A DNA stretch of 64,000 nucleotides from an uncultured Acidobacteriota bacterium (GCA_903862855.1 CAIOZW010000017.1:315-64314); one strand, 5' to 3'. Positions 13,171 through 22,586 are shown, counted from the first letter of the stretch. The notes: generated from the letters alone by a model not told the origin. Numbers and translations: made by a program.

Positions 13171-14307
13171 TCAGGAACCGGGAGTGGGGGAACAGATGAG
13201 CAGCTGCTCGATCTGGTCGATGACGTTCTTCCGCGAGAAACGTCGCTGCACCTCCTCCCGGGCCCTGACGGCGAGCTGGCGTCGCAGGTTGGGATCGCGG
13301 GCGAGCTTGCCGATAGCTGCGGTGAGAGCGGTCGGGGAGCGTTCGATGAAGACGCCGGTCTGCTGGTCCAGGAGAATCTCGGCCATGCCACCAACTCGAG
13401 TGGCGATGACAGGCAGTCCGGCGGCCATTGCTTCGACGAGGACAAGGGAGAAGGCTTCGTTTTCGGAGAGGATCACCACCAGGTCGAGACCTGCCAGTTG
13501 ACCTTGAAGATTGTCGATAAAGCCGGGAAAGCGGATCGACGCAGAGAGGCCGGCGGTCCTTACCCGCTCGAGAAGAGCGTCGGCAAATGGCCGATCAGCA
13601 GGATCGGGCGATCCGATGACCAGAAATTCGATCTCCTCTGGCGCCAATTCGTCCGTCTTCCCCGCAGAGGCAGTCCCGGCGAGCAGTCGCTGTGCGGCCT
13701 CGACAAAGATGTCCTGACCCTTGAGTGGTGAGATCTGCCCAATGATCCCAACGGCAAGTGGGCGCGTAATACCAAGGTTTCGGCGCGACTCACTGCGGTT
13801 GGGGGAGAGATAGAGCTGCGGATCGACCCAGTTGGGAATGATCTTGACACTTGCGGTCAGCTCTGGGACTACTGCTTCGAAACGCTGGTAGACAGTGGTG
13901 GAGACGGCAATCAGATGATCGGCCCGAGCGAGAGCCCAGCGGAGAAGCGGATTGGCGCGGAATGAATTGAAGTGGTGGCGGGTGATGAGGTACCGAACCC
14001 GCGGGTTGAGATGGGCCGCCAGTCCACTGACTATGTAGTCGCGACCGACGTGAGCGTGGAGAACGTCGATCTTCTCGCGGCTGATCAGCCTGGCCAGCCT
14101 CAAGGCCGATGGCAGATCGATGGAGTTGCGGAGCGGGAGTTCGTGGAATCTTACCGGCCAGCCGGCAAGCGCACCCAGCAACGGACTGGCGGGTCGAATC
14201 GCAAGATGTAGCTGATGGCCCCGCTCGATGAGTGCACGGGTCAGGTCGATGACGTGTCGTTCGCCACCGCCAAGACTCGCGGCTGAGCAGACCTGTAGAA
14301 TATTCAC
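13171..14307 (-). CDS. Family 4 glycosyltransferase (GT4/group 1). The start is reassigned to the GTG at 14307, which has a GGGAGG RBS.
   Basis: VNILQVCSAASLGGGERHVIDLTRAL is the N-terminal GT-B domain, and GLPVIATRVGGMAEIL is the C-terminal glycos_transf_1 motif. The RBS gggagg lies 5 nt upstream of the GTG. The ORF track extends to 14385 and lacks an RBS there. Confidence 0.8.
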   Translation of the reverse strand: MNILQVCSAASLGGGERHVIDLTRALIERGHQLHLAIRPASPLLGALAGWPVRFHELPLRNSIDLPSALRLARLISREKIDVLHAHVGRDYIVSGLAAHLNPRVRYLITRHHFNSFRANPLLRWALARADHLIAVSTTVYQRFEAVVPELTASVKIIPNWVDPQLYLSPNRSESRRNLGITRPLAVGIIGQISPLKGQDIFVEAAQRLLAGTASAGKTDELAPEEIEFLVIGSPDPADRPFADALLERVRTAGLSASIRFPGFIDNLQGQLAGLDLVVILSENEAFSLVLVEAMAAGLPVIATRVGGMAEILLDQQTGVFIERSPTALTAAIGKLARDPNLRRQLAVRAREEVQRRFSRKNVIDQIEQLLICSPTPGS

Positions 14308-14463
14308 TCTCTCCTCCCACGCCGAAACAGGCTTGAACGTCGGCCATTGTGAGGTTGATCGGCCGGATTTGCAAATGTTCAACAACCCTTGCCGTCAAGA
14401 CCGACACCGATCGGTACGAGCGGCGCAGAAGGTTGACGGAAGCGGATTTACCAGACTGTTCCC

Positions 14464-15561
14464 ATGATGATAACTCCCCTCTTAATGCTGACGATCATGG
14501 CATCCATTTTTGGAATGGTTATCGGCAGCTTCCTCAATGTCGTCATTCACCGGATTCCCCGTGGCGAGTCGGTCATCTGGCCGGGATCCCATTGTCCGAC
14601 CTGTGGAGCAGGAATCAGACCGCTCGACAACGTTCCTCTGCTCAGCTTCATCCTGCTCCGCGGCAGATGCCGAAGTTGTCAGTCCGCGATCTCCAGCCGT
14701 TATCCGATGATCGAGCTTCTCACGGCCGTCGTCTTTGGAGCCCTGGTCTGGAAGAATGGACCGACACCCGAGGTGCTTCCAGAGATGCTTTTTGCTGCCG
14801 CGATCATCGCCCTGATCGGCATCGATGTCGAGACTCGGACGCTGCCAAACATCATCACCTATCCACTGCTGCTCTTTGGACTGCTGGCGAATCTCTGGCG
14901 CAGTGGCTGGGGTGAGCCGATCATCTACAGTTTCGACTTTTCGCTCCTCCTCGACGCCGGTGAGGTCGAGGTCGATCTGGTCAGACTCGCCATCCAGGGA
15001 GGTCTGCTGCTTGCCCTCGCAACACCCGCCCTCTGGCTGCTCGACCGGCTCGACCTGCTTCTCTTCGGAAAGTACTTTGGTTGGGATGATATCGGTAGCA
15101 GCCCTGATGATGAGAGATGGGAACGGGAGGAGCGAATCCACAACCGGGTGATTTTCGCGACAATACTGATCGGCCTGCTGATTGGAGCGGCCTGGATTAT
15201 CGGAGTCAGGCAATATGGGGAGTCGGATCGAATGGCAATCGAGAACGCCAGCGAGGGGCTCCAGACCGCCCTGGCCGGGGCGTTGACCGGAGTGCTACCC
15301 GTCTGGCTGCTCCGGACCCTCCACTTCCTGATTCGTGGTCGCGAGGGAATGGGCCTCGGAGACATCAAGCTGCTGGCTGGAATCGGGGCATTTCTAGGCT
15401 GGCAGGGAGTACTTGGATCGATTCTGCTCGGATCCATCGGCGGGTCGGTCATTGGACTGCTCCTGCTGCGCCGAAGCGATGAGGGGCTTCAGACAACCAT
15501 CCCCTTCGGCTGCTTTCTCGGACTGGCCTCGCTGCTGGTGCTTTTCAAAAGCGGCCTCTGA
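14464..15561 (+). CDS. pilD: Type IV prepilin leader peptidase (A24 family), unusually long at 365 aa
   Basis: An N-terminal Cys box (HCPTCGAGIRPL...RGRCRSCQSAIS), the downstream motif GMGLGDIKLLAGIGAFLGW, and a roughly 100-aa insertion between the catalytic regions. Confidence 0.8.
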   Translation: MMITPLLMLTIMASIFGMVIGSFLNVVIHRIPRGESVIWPGSHCPTCGAGIRPLDNVPLLSFILLRGRCRSCQSAISSRYPMIELLTAVVFGALVWKNGPTPEVLPEMLFAAAIIALIGIDVETRTLPNIITYPLLLFGLLANLWRSGWGEPIIYSFDFSLLLDAGEVEVDLVRLAIQGGLLLALATPALWLLDRLDLLLFGKYFGWDDIGSSPDDERWEREERIHNRVIFATILIGLLIGAAWIIGVRQYGESDRMAIENASEGLQTALAGALTGVLPVWLLRTLHFLIRGREGMGLGDIKLLAGIGAFLGWQGVLGSILLGSIGGSVIGLLLLRRSDEGLQTTIPFGCFLGLASLLVLFKSGL

Positions 15562-15636
15562 CAGATCCGGGGAGAAAGCCGAGCTGATGCCATTTGAGAC
15601 TTGCGCCTGTAAACTGTCCCAGTTATCCTTCACGAC

Positions 15637-16254
15637 ATGAATAAAGATAACCTGACCAATCGCACATCTTTCTGGACGCCGACGCGGCTCGGGATCACTG
15701 CAGGAGTTCTCATCCTGACGGTAGCGATCGTCACGGCTGTCTACCGACCCAACCGCTCCGGTGGAGTGCTGACCATCAAAAATGGCGGGGCGATGACCGC
15801 TCCCCGTGCGCTCTCAGAAGAGGTTCGTGAAGAGAACCTCCGCCTGATCAGTGGCCCAACAAAGAAATTCGACGACTACAAGGGCAAGGTTCTGATTCTC
15901 GACATCTGGGCGACCTGGTGTGGTCCCTGCCGGCAGGAGATCCCGCATCTGATCGAGATTGCCAACAATTACCGTGGCCAGGGAGTCGAGGTCCTTGGGT
16001 TGACGACCGAGGATCCCGAGTCCGACCTCGACCTCGTGCGCGGATTTGCCCAACAGTTCCGCATCAACTACGATATCGGCTTCGCGAGCCGGATCGTCTC
16101 GAGTGAGATCATGCAGGGACGTAACGGTATTCCGCAGACACTGATCCTGGATCGCGCCGGGACGGTTCGTAAACACTTTGTTGGATTCCACCCCCAACTG
16201 AGCATACCGCAGATGAAATCGGCCCTGGAAGAGGTCCTGGCGATGAACCAGTAG
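15637..16254 (+). CDS. TlpA/ResA-family thiol-disulfide oxidoreductase (membrane-anchored thioredoxin)
   Basis: An N-terminal TM helix, then LILDIWATWCGPCRQEIPHL (CxxC thioredoxin fold). Confidence 0.8.
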   Translation: MNKDNLTNRTSFWTPTRLGITAGVLILTVAIVTAVYRPNRSGGVLTIKNGGAMTAPRALSEEVREENLRLISGPTKKFDDYKGKVLILDIWATWCGPCRQEIPHLIEIANNYRGQGVEVLGLTTEDPESDLDLVRGFAQQFRINYDIGFASRIVSSEIMQGRNGIPQTLILDRAGTVRKHFVGFHPQLSIPQMKSALEEVLAMNQ

Positions 16255-16288
16255 CGGGAGGGGCGCGTCTCCCTGCCCGCCTGATTGA

Positions 16289-16843
16289 TCAATCACTGGA
16301 ACGATGAGCCATCAGCTGCTGGTAGAGCAGGATGGCCATGATGCTGATGGCATCGGTAATCTCACCCGTCATGACCATCTGCAGAGCCTCTTCGAAGGGG
16401 AGATGGCGGAGGCTGATCTGCTCCGTTCCTTCCGGTGCGGCCAGCCCGGGTTGCAGCCCGGTTGCGAGATAGATGGTGGCCGTCTCATCGGTCACCGAAT
16501 TGGATAGATCGGCGCATCCGATCTGCTCCCAGTTTGAGGCCGTCAGCCCTGTCTCTTCACGAAGCTCGCGTCGCGCCGCTTCGAGAGTCGACTCTCCACC
16601 CGGACAACCACCTTCAGGAATCTCCCAGGAGTACTTTTCGTGCGGCAGTCTGTACTGTCCGACCAGCCACGTCCAGCCGTTCTCATCAATCGGCAGGACT
16701 CCGACGGCACGATGATGAAAATGGACTATTCCATAAATTCCCGGTAGCCCATCAGGCCGGATGACCTCGTGATGCGTCAGGCGGATCCACTGATTGTCAT
16801 ATACGACATTCCTGGCGGTCACCTGCCACGGACTCTTCTCCAT
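16289..16843 (-). CDS. NUDIX hydrolase, ADP-ribose pyrophosphatase-like
   Basis: The Nudix box GGCPGGESTLEAARRELREETGL is present. The start is chosen at MEKSPWQV, which has an AAAGGAG RBS 11 nt upstream. The track's longer ORF begins at 16927. Confidence 0.75.
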   Translation of the reverse strand: MEKSPWQVTARNVVYDNQWIRLTHHEVIRPDGLPGIYGIVHFHHRAVGVLPIDENGWTWLVGQYRLPHEKYSWEIPEGGCPGGESTLEAARRELREETGLTASNWEQIGCADLSNSVTDETATIYLATGLQPGLAAPEGTEQISLRHLPFEEALQMVMTGEITDAISIMAILLYQQLMAHRSSD

Positions 16844-16974
16844 ATTTTTCAGACTCCTTTCCGGTCGTTCAACTGAACCACCTGATTTCATCATAAAACA
16901 GACTGGCGGGCCACCTGAGCAGACCACTTGGCCACCGTCGGAAATCAGATCGGAGAGTCAAGGAAATTTCAACG

Positions 16975-17382
16975 ATGATGCTGTTCGGTTGGTTGCGCAC
17001 AATCCTCCTCCCCAAATCATCCGCCCAGGTTGATGAACCCGAGCCTTCGCCACTGGGAGCTGACGAAGATCCATTTGATGAGCCGGTCATGATTGGAACC
17101 GGCGACACGATCGATCTTCACACCATCCCACCTTCGCAGTCACGACAAGTTGTTGAAGAGTTCCTGCTCGAGGCACATCACCGTGGATACCGCTACCTGC
17201 GGATCGTTCACGGCAAGGGTATCGGGGTTCAGAGAAGAATGGTTCGTGAAGTGCTTGCCCGAACTCCCTTCGTCATCAGCTTCGAAGATGCCCCACCTGC
17301 CGCCGGTGGCCTTGGAGCCACGCTGGTCGTGATCGCCGGACAGGAGTCGATTGGAGATTCAAATTGTTGTCAGGTAGAATGA
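16975..17382 (+). CDS. Smr domain protein
   Basis: DLHTIPPSQSRQVVEEFLLEAHHRGYRYLRIVHGKGIGVQRRMVREVL matches the Smr (MutS2 C-terminal-like) domain. Confidence 0.6.
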   Translation: MMLFGWLRTILLPKSSAQVDEPEPSPLGADEDPFDEPVMIGTGDTIDLHTIPPSQSRQVVEEFLLEAHHRGYRYLRIVHGKGIGVQRRMVREVLARTPFVISFEDAPPAAGGLGATLVVIAGQESIGDSNCCQVE

Positions 17383-17383
17383 G

Positions 17384-17453
17384 GAATTAAGAATGGAGAA
17401 TGGAGAATTGAGAATGGAGAATGGAGAATGGAGAATGGAGAATGGATAATTGT
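17384..17453. repeat. Heptanucleotide microsatellite (GAATGGA)n, about 9 units with one GAATTGA variant
   Basis: gaatgga gaatgga gaattga gaatgga gaatgga gaatgga gaatgga gaatgga taattg, read directly. It is intergenic, between the Smr gene stop (17382) and the rocA start (17499). Confidence 0.9.
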
Positions 17454-17498
17454 GGAGAGAGGCGAAGGGCGAGTTGAGAGGGAGTGTGAGGAGCTGAA

Positions 17499-19064
17499 AT
17501 GATCAATCTGGCGGAGTTCAGAAACGAGAGTTATCGCGATTTTACCGACGAGTCTAACGCCAGGGCCATGTTGAACGGGTTGGCGCGTGTCGAGAGCGAG
17601 TGTGGGCGCGACTACGCGGTCATCATTGGCGGAAGACGTTACGAGACGGGAGATCTTCTCGATTCGGTCAATCCGGGGTGTTCGACCGAAGTGGTCGGAC
17701 GAGTCCACCGGGCGACCCGCGAGTTGGCCGACGAGGCCATACGCAATGCCGCCGCCACCTTTGAGACCTGGAAACGCGTCCCGGCGACAGAACGGGCCGG
17801 ATACCTCTTCAAGGCCGCGACGGAGATGCGGCGACGCAAGGATGAGTTCAACGCCTGGATGGTTCTTGAGGTTGGCAAGTCGTGGGCCGAGGCAGAGGCC
17901 GACACCGCCGAGGCGATCGACTTCATGGACTTTTACGCGCGCCAGGCCCTCCGCTATGCGGGGCATCAGCCACTCACCCCCTCGCCTCTGGCCGATGAGG
18001 TCAACGAACTGGTCTGGATTCCTCTCGGAGTAGGGATCGTCATACCACCCTGGAATTTTCCCCTCGCGATCATGGTCGGGATGACAACGGCGGCGCTGGT
18101 TACCGGCAACACCGTCGTCCTCAAACCCTCGAGTGACAGCCCGGTGATTGCAGCAAAGTTTGTCGAGCTGCTGGAAGGGATCGGTCTGCCGGCGGGTGTG
18201 GTCAACTACCTGCCGGCCAGTGGGGGGAGTGTAGGTGACTTTCTGGTAGAGCATCCACTGACCCGCTTCATCTCCTTCACCGGCTCGATGGAGGTGGGGC
18301 TACGAATAAACCAACTGGCAGCCAAGCCATCTCCCGGTCAGATCTGGATCAAACGGGTCGTCGCCGAGATGGGTGGCAAGGATACGATCGTCATCGATGA
18401 GACTGCCAATCTGGACGAGGCGGCGGCAGGCGTGGTCGCTTCGGCCTTCGGATTTTCAGGTCAGAAATGCTCAGCCTGCTCGAGAGTGGTGGTCGTCGAT
18501 GAGGTCTACGATAAACTGATCGTCCGGGTCGCTGAACGAACGGCGGCGCTGCGGGTCGATGATGTCCGCAATTTTGGCCCCTTCACCGGACCGGTCGTCA
18601 GCCGCAAGGCCTTTGAATCGATCAACGGATACCTGACGATCGGCAAGGATGAGGGTGAGCTGCTGATTGGAGGAACGGCTCATCCACTGGCAGATCAGGG
18701 CTACTTCATTCCCCTCACGATCTTCAGTGGAGTCGATCCGCAAGCACGCCTCGCCCAGGAAGAGATCTTTGGTCCGGTTCTGGCAGGCATCCGGGCGCGA
18801 AACTTCGATGAGGCGCTGCGCATTGCCAACAATACCATTTACGGTCTGACCGGCGCCCTCTACTCTGCCGATCGGACGCGCATTGAACAGGCCCGCCAGG
18901 ACTTCCACGTTGGAAACCTCTATATCAACCGCAAGTGTACCGGTGCGCTGGTGGATGTTCATCCGTTTGGCGGATTCAATATGTCCGGTACCGATTCCAA
19001 GGCTGGTGGACGTGACTATCTGGCCCTCTTCCTGCAGGCGAAGTCGATCGCTGAGAAACTCTGA
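17499..19064 (+). CDS. rocA: L-glutamate gamma-semialdehyde (1-pyrroline-5-carboxylate) dehydrogenase, ALDH superfamily
   Basis: 521 aa. The N-terminus (FRNESYRDFTDESNARAMLNGL...IIGGRRYETGDLLDSVNPG) and the ALDH catalytic region (FGFSGQKCSACSRVVV; EMGGKD) follow the Bacillus-type RocA/PruA pattern. Confidence 0.8.
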   Translation: MINLAEFRNESYRDFTDESNARAMLNGLARVESECGRDYAVIIGGRRYETGDLLDSVNPGCSTEVVGRVHRATRELADEAIRNAAATFETWKRVPATERAGYLFKAATEMRRRKDEFNAWMVLEVGKSWAEAEADTAEAIDFMDFYARQALRYAGHQPLTPSPLADEVNELVWIPLGVGIVIPPWNFPLAIMVGMTTAALVTGNTVVLKPSSDSPVIAAKFVELLEGIGLPAGVVNYLPASGGSVGDFLVEHPLTRFISFTGSMEVGLRINQLAAKPSPGQIWIKRVVAEMGGKDTIVIDETANLDEAAAGVVASAFGFSGQKCSACSRVVVVDEVYDKLIVRVAERTAALRVDDVRNFGPFTGPVVSRKAFESINGYLTIGKDEGELLIGGTAHPLADQGYFIPLTIFSGVDPQARLAQEEIFGPVLAGIRARNFDEALRIANNTIYGLTGALYSADRTRIEQARQDFHVGNLYINRKCTGALVDVHPFGGFNMSGTDSKAGGRDYLALFLQAKSIAEKL

Positions 19065-19091
19065 CCAGAGGCGAAGAGGAGACTGAGGAGC

Positions 19092-20177
19092 GTGAAGATG
19101 AGAGTTGATCGAACCATAATGGCGATTTGGACAGTCTTATTCCTTCTGGCAGCCGGAGCCGGTCTGCCGGTGGCAGCGTGGAGTTTGCCGATCGGCTCAT
19201 CTGCACCAAACTTCACGCTGAAGGACCTCAACGGTCGAAGCCACTCGCGTGAGGATTACCGGGGAAAAACCCTCATCCTGACCTTCATTTCAGGGCGTTG
19301 CCCGATCACCAAGGCCTATCATGAGCGACTGCGGACCCTCGCCAAAGATTATGGTTCGCGAAGTGACACGGTTCTGCTTGGTATAAATGCGAGTGCTGAC
19401 GAATCGATCGATGAGATCCGGTACAATGCAGAACAGAATGGCCTTACTTTCCCGATCCTCCGCGACCAACTCGGTGAGCTCGCCGATGCCTTTGGAGCGC
19501 AGCGGACACCGGACGTCTACGTGATCGATGGGGAGGGCAGGCTTCGCTACCGGGGACGAATCGACAGTGCTCACCGGCCACGCCGTGACATGCGGCATGA
19601 TCTTCGCGAAGCTCTCAGCGAGCTGCTGGCCGGGCGTTCAATCACGACTCCAGAGACCGTGGCCATGGGCTGTCCGATCGTCAGAACGGATGAGAAGTCC
19701 TTCTCCCACTCTGAACAGCGGCCAAAGCCTGTATCATCGCCAGGCCCTCCTGGTCAGGTCAGACTGCTCAAGCCCCAGGAATACTGGAAGATGATTGGAA
19801 GCTCACCAGGAAAGGTCGTTGTCGTCAACTTCTGGGCGACCTGGTGCGGCCCGTGTGTCGCCGAGCTGCCCGAGCTGATCAAAATCAGTGAGACCATGAA
19901 GAGTCGTGGCGTCCGCTTTGTCGGGGTGAGCGCCGATGAACAGGTCGATCTTGAATCGACCGTCGTTCCCTTCCTGACCGCACGCAAAGTACCATATGAA
20001 CAGTATCTGCAACAGACCGATGATCCGCAGGAGATGATCGACGTCGTCGACAAGGACTGGCCGGGAACCCTTCCCGCCACCTTTGTCTATAACAGGAAAG
20101 GCAGACTGGTCTTTCATCGTTTGGGGATCATCGATCGTGAGATGCTGATCGCCGAGATCGAGAAAGCTCTCAAGTAG
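19092..20177 (+). CDS. Secreted di-domain thioredoxin-like protein: an N-terminal redoxin domain with a single Cys (SGRCP), then a TlpA-type CGPC domain
   Basis: A signal peptide. Domain 1 is TLILTFISGRCPITKAY...RTPDVYVIDGEGRLRYRGRID. Domain 2 is VVVNFWATWCGPCVAELPEL. Confidence 0.7.
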   Translation: MKMRVDRTIMAIWTVLFLLAAGAGLPVAAWSLPIGSSAPNFTLKDLNGRSHSREDYRGKTLILTFISGRCPITKAYHERLRTLAKDYGSRSDTVLLGINASADESIDEIRYNAEQNGLTFPILRDQLGELADAFGAQRTPDVYVIDGEGRLRYRGRIDSAHRPRRDMRHDLREALSELLAGRSITTPETVAMGCPIVRTDEKSFSHSEQRPKPVSSPGPPGQVRLLKPQEYWKMIGSSPGKVVVVNFWATWCGPCVAELPELIKISETMKSRGVRFVGVSADEQVDLESTVVPFLTARKVPYEQYLQQTDDPQEMIDVVDKDWPGTLPATFVYNRKGRLVFHRLGIIDREMLIAEIEKALK

Positions 20178-20221
20178 CCTCAACCACGAACAGATAACAG
20201 AAAGTCGAAGGAGAGAGATCA

Positions 20222-21454
20222 GTGGCCATTGTCAAGCCTTTTCGTGCACTCAGACCGCAGCCAGAGCAGGTTTCAGCGGTTGCCAGCGTCCCTTATGATG
20301 TCGTCAACACGAGTGAAGCCCGGGCCCTGGCTGGAGAGAATCCGCTAAGTTTCCTCCGCGTCTCCCGCCCTGAGCTGGAGATGCCAGATGAGATCGATCA
20401 CTACTCTGACGAGGTCTATCAGCGGGCGGCATCGAACTTCCAGCGGCTGATCGACTCGGCCCCGCTGGTTACGGAGAACCAACCGAGCCTCTACCTCTAT
20501 CGCCTCCGAATGGGTGAGCACGAACAGACAGGACTGGTCGGCTGCTGCTCGGTCGATGAGTATGACCGGGACATCATCCGCAAACATGAACGAACGCGCC
20601 GTGACAAAGAGGATGATCGGACCCGGCACATCACGACCCTGCGGGCACAGACCGGACCGGTCTTTCTGACATATCGCGCCAGCCTTGTCATTGACGAACT
20701 GACCAGGGCCGTGACCGGTTTCAGCCCCCTCTTCGATTTTGTCGCTCCAGATGGTATCGCTCACACGATCTGGCGTATTCCAGTCAACCTCAACGAAGCT
20801 TTCGAGGAGGCCTTCGATCAGGTATCGCTCCTCTACATTGCCGACGGCCACCACCGCGCCAAGAGCGCCAGTCGGACCTGCGAGACACTCCGCGCCGCCA
20901 ATCCCGGCCACGACGGCAACGAAGAGTACAACTTCTTCCAGGCGGTCATCTTTCCACACAACCAGCTCCGTATCCTCCCCTATCACCGGGTTGTGAAGGA
21001 TCTGGCAGGTCTCGATCAGCTCGAGTTCATCAATCGGATCCGTGAACACTTCGATATCGAAAAGGGATCGACCCCATCGCCTTCCGGGCGCGGCCGATTT
21101 TCAATGTATTTTGAGGGATCATGGTATGGACTGGAGCCTCACCAGGCCATCAACAATCGTCCGCGGGTGATCGACCGGCTCGATGTGAGTCTGCTCCAGG
21201 ATCTGCTGCTCGCTCCGATTCTGGGAATCGAGGATCCGCGAACAGACAAGCGGATCGACTTTGTCGGGGGCATACGCGGGACGCGCGAACTTGAGAGGCT
21301 AGTCGACAATGGTTCCGCTGCGGTCGCCTTCTCACTCTACCCGGTCACACTTGATGAGCTGATGGAGATCTCGGATGCCAATGAGATCATGCCTCCCAAA
21401 TCGACCTGGTTTGAACCCAAGCTTCGCGATGGAATACTGAGTCATCTGATTTGA
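20222..21454 (+). CDS. DUF1015 family protein
   Basis: MAIVKPFRALRPQPEQVSAVASVPYDVVNTSEAR matches the N-terminal hallmark of DUF1015. It lies 36 bp upstream of serC. Confidence 0.65.
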   Translation: MAIVKPFRALRPQPEQVSAVASVPYDVVNTSEARALAGENPLSFLRVSRPELEMPDEIDHYSDEVYQRAASNFQRLIDSAPLVTENQPSLYLYRLRMGEHEQTGLVGCCSVDEYDRDIIRKHERTRRDKEDDRTRHITTLRAQTGPVFLTYRASLVIDELTRAVTGFSPLFDFVAPDGIAHTIWRIPVNLNEAFEEAFDQVSLLYIADGHHRAKSASRTCETLRAANPGHDGNEEYNFFQAVIFPHNQLRILPYHRVVKDLAGLDQLEFINRIREHFDIEKGSTPSPSGRGRFSMYFEGSWYGLEPHQAINNRPRVIDRLDVSLLQDLLLAPILGIEDPRTDKRIDFVGGIRGTRELERLVDNGSAAVAFSLYPVTLDELMEISDANEIMPPKSTWFEPKLRDGILSHLI

Positions 21455-21490
21455 GCAATCATTACTGAAACTTTCCAGGAGAACTTATAA

Positions 21491-22576
21491 ATGACCGAAC
21501 GTATCTTCAATTTCAGCGCTGGTCCGGCAACCCTGCCCGAATCGGTGCTTCTGCAGGCCCAGCGAGATCTCTTTTCATTACCAGGAGTCGGAATGTCGAT
21601 CCTTGAGGTAAGTCATCGCTCGGCGGCCTTTGAGACAGTTATCCAGGAGGCGGAGGCCGATCTCCGGGCGCTGCTTGCCATCCCTGACAACTACAAGGTG
21701 CTCTTCCTCCAGGGTGGGGCAAGTCTCCAGTTCAGCATGGTCCCGATGAATATCCTGCCGAGCGGACAGAGCGCCGACTACATTCTGACGGGAAGCTGGG
21801 GCCAGGGGGCAGTCAAGGAGGCCCGGAAACTTGGCGCCGTGCGCGAAGCCGCCACAACAGCGGCGACCAACTTCAATCGCCTTCCATCAAGTAACGAGAT
21901 CCATCTCGACCCGCAGGCTGCCTACCTTCACTTCACCTCGAACGAGACGATCTTTGGTGTCGAGTTCCAGAATGAGCCGGTTGCCGGTGAGGTTCCTCTG
22001 GTCTGCGATATGTCGTCAAACTTTCTCAGCCGGCCGGTCGATGTCGCAAAGTATGGGCTGATCTACGCCGGTGCTCAGAAGAATGCCGGACCGGCCGGGG
22101 CAACGATCGTCATCATCCGTGAAGACCTGCTTGCCCGAATTCCTGGTGGACTGCCGTCGATGCTCGACTACGGAGTGCTGGCCAAGAATGGGTCGATGTA
22201 CAACACTCCGCCCTGCTTTTCGATCTACATCTGTGGCCTGGTCTTCAAATGGCTGCGGAATGAGATCGGCGGACTGGAGAAGATCTTCCAGCTCAACCAG
22301 GAGAAGGCTGGCGTCCTCTATGAGGCGATCGACGCTTCGGAAGGCTACTATCGCGGGCATGCCGAGAAGGATTGCCGGAGCCTCATGAATGTGACCTTCC
22401 GGCTGCCCAGCGAGGATCTGGAGAAGCAGTTCATCAAAGAGGCGACGGCGGCCGGTCTGGACGGGCTGAAGGGCCATCGCTCGGTCGGAGGCCTGCGGGC
22501 ATCGATCTACAATGCCTTCCCGAAGGCTGGAGTGGAGAGGCTCGCCCGGTTCATGGCCGAGTTCAAATCACGATAG
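21491..22576 (+). CDS. serC: Phosphoserine aminotransferase
   Basis: MTERIFNFSAGPATLPESVL...EVSHRSAAFE is the class V aminotransferase SerC signature. Confidence 0.9.
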   Translation: MTERIFNFSAGPATLPESVLLQAQRDLFSLPGVGMSILEVSHRSAAFETVIQEAEADLRALLAIPDNYKVLFLQGGASLQFSMVPMNILPSGQSADYILTGSWGQGAVKEARKLGAVREAATTAATNFNRLPSSNEIHLDPQAAYLHFTSNETIFGVEFQNEPVAGEVPLVCDMSSNFLSRPVDVAKYGLIYAGAQKNAGPAGATIVIIREDLLARIPGGLPSMLDYGVLAKNGSMYNTPPCFSIYICGLVFKWLRNEIGGLEKIFQLNQEKAGVLYEAIDASEGYYRGHAEKDCRSLMNVTFRLPSEDLEKQFIKEATAAGLDGLKGHRSVGGLRASIYNAFPKAGVERLARFMAEFKSR

Positions 22577-22586
22577 ATTGAATGCC

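Noticed and set aside
16255-16288. Possible terminator between the convergent TlpA and NUDIX genes
   Set aside because: The candidate stem is only about 5 bp (GGGAG/CTCCC) with no T-tract. That is too weak to call.
17370-18254. 294-aa minus-strand ORF ending in HSPFSILHSPFSIL repeats
   Set aside because: It is antisense to the well-supported rocA gene. Its repetitive C-terminus is just the translation of the GAATGGA microsatellite. It has no RBS and no family resemblance.
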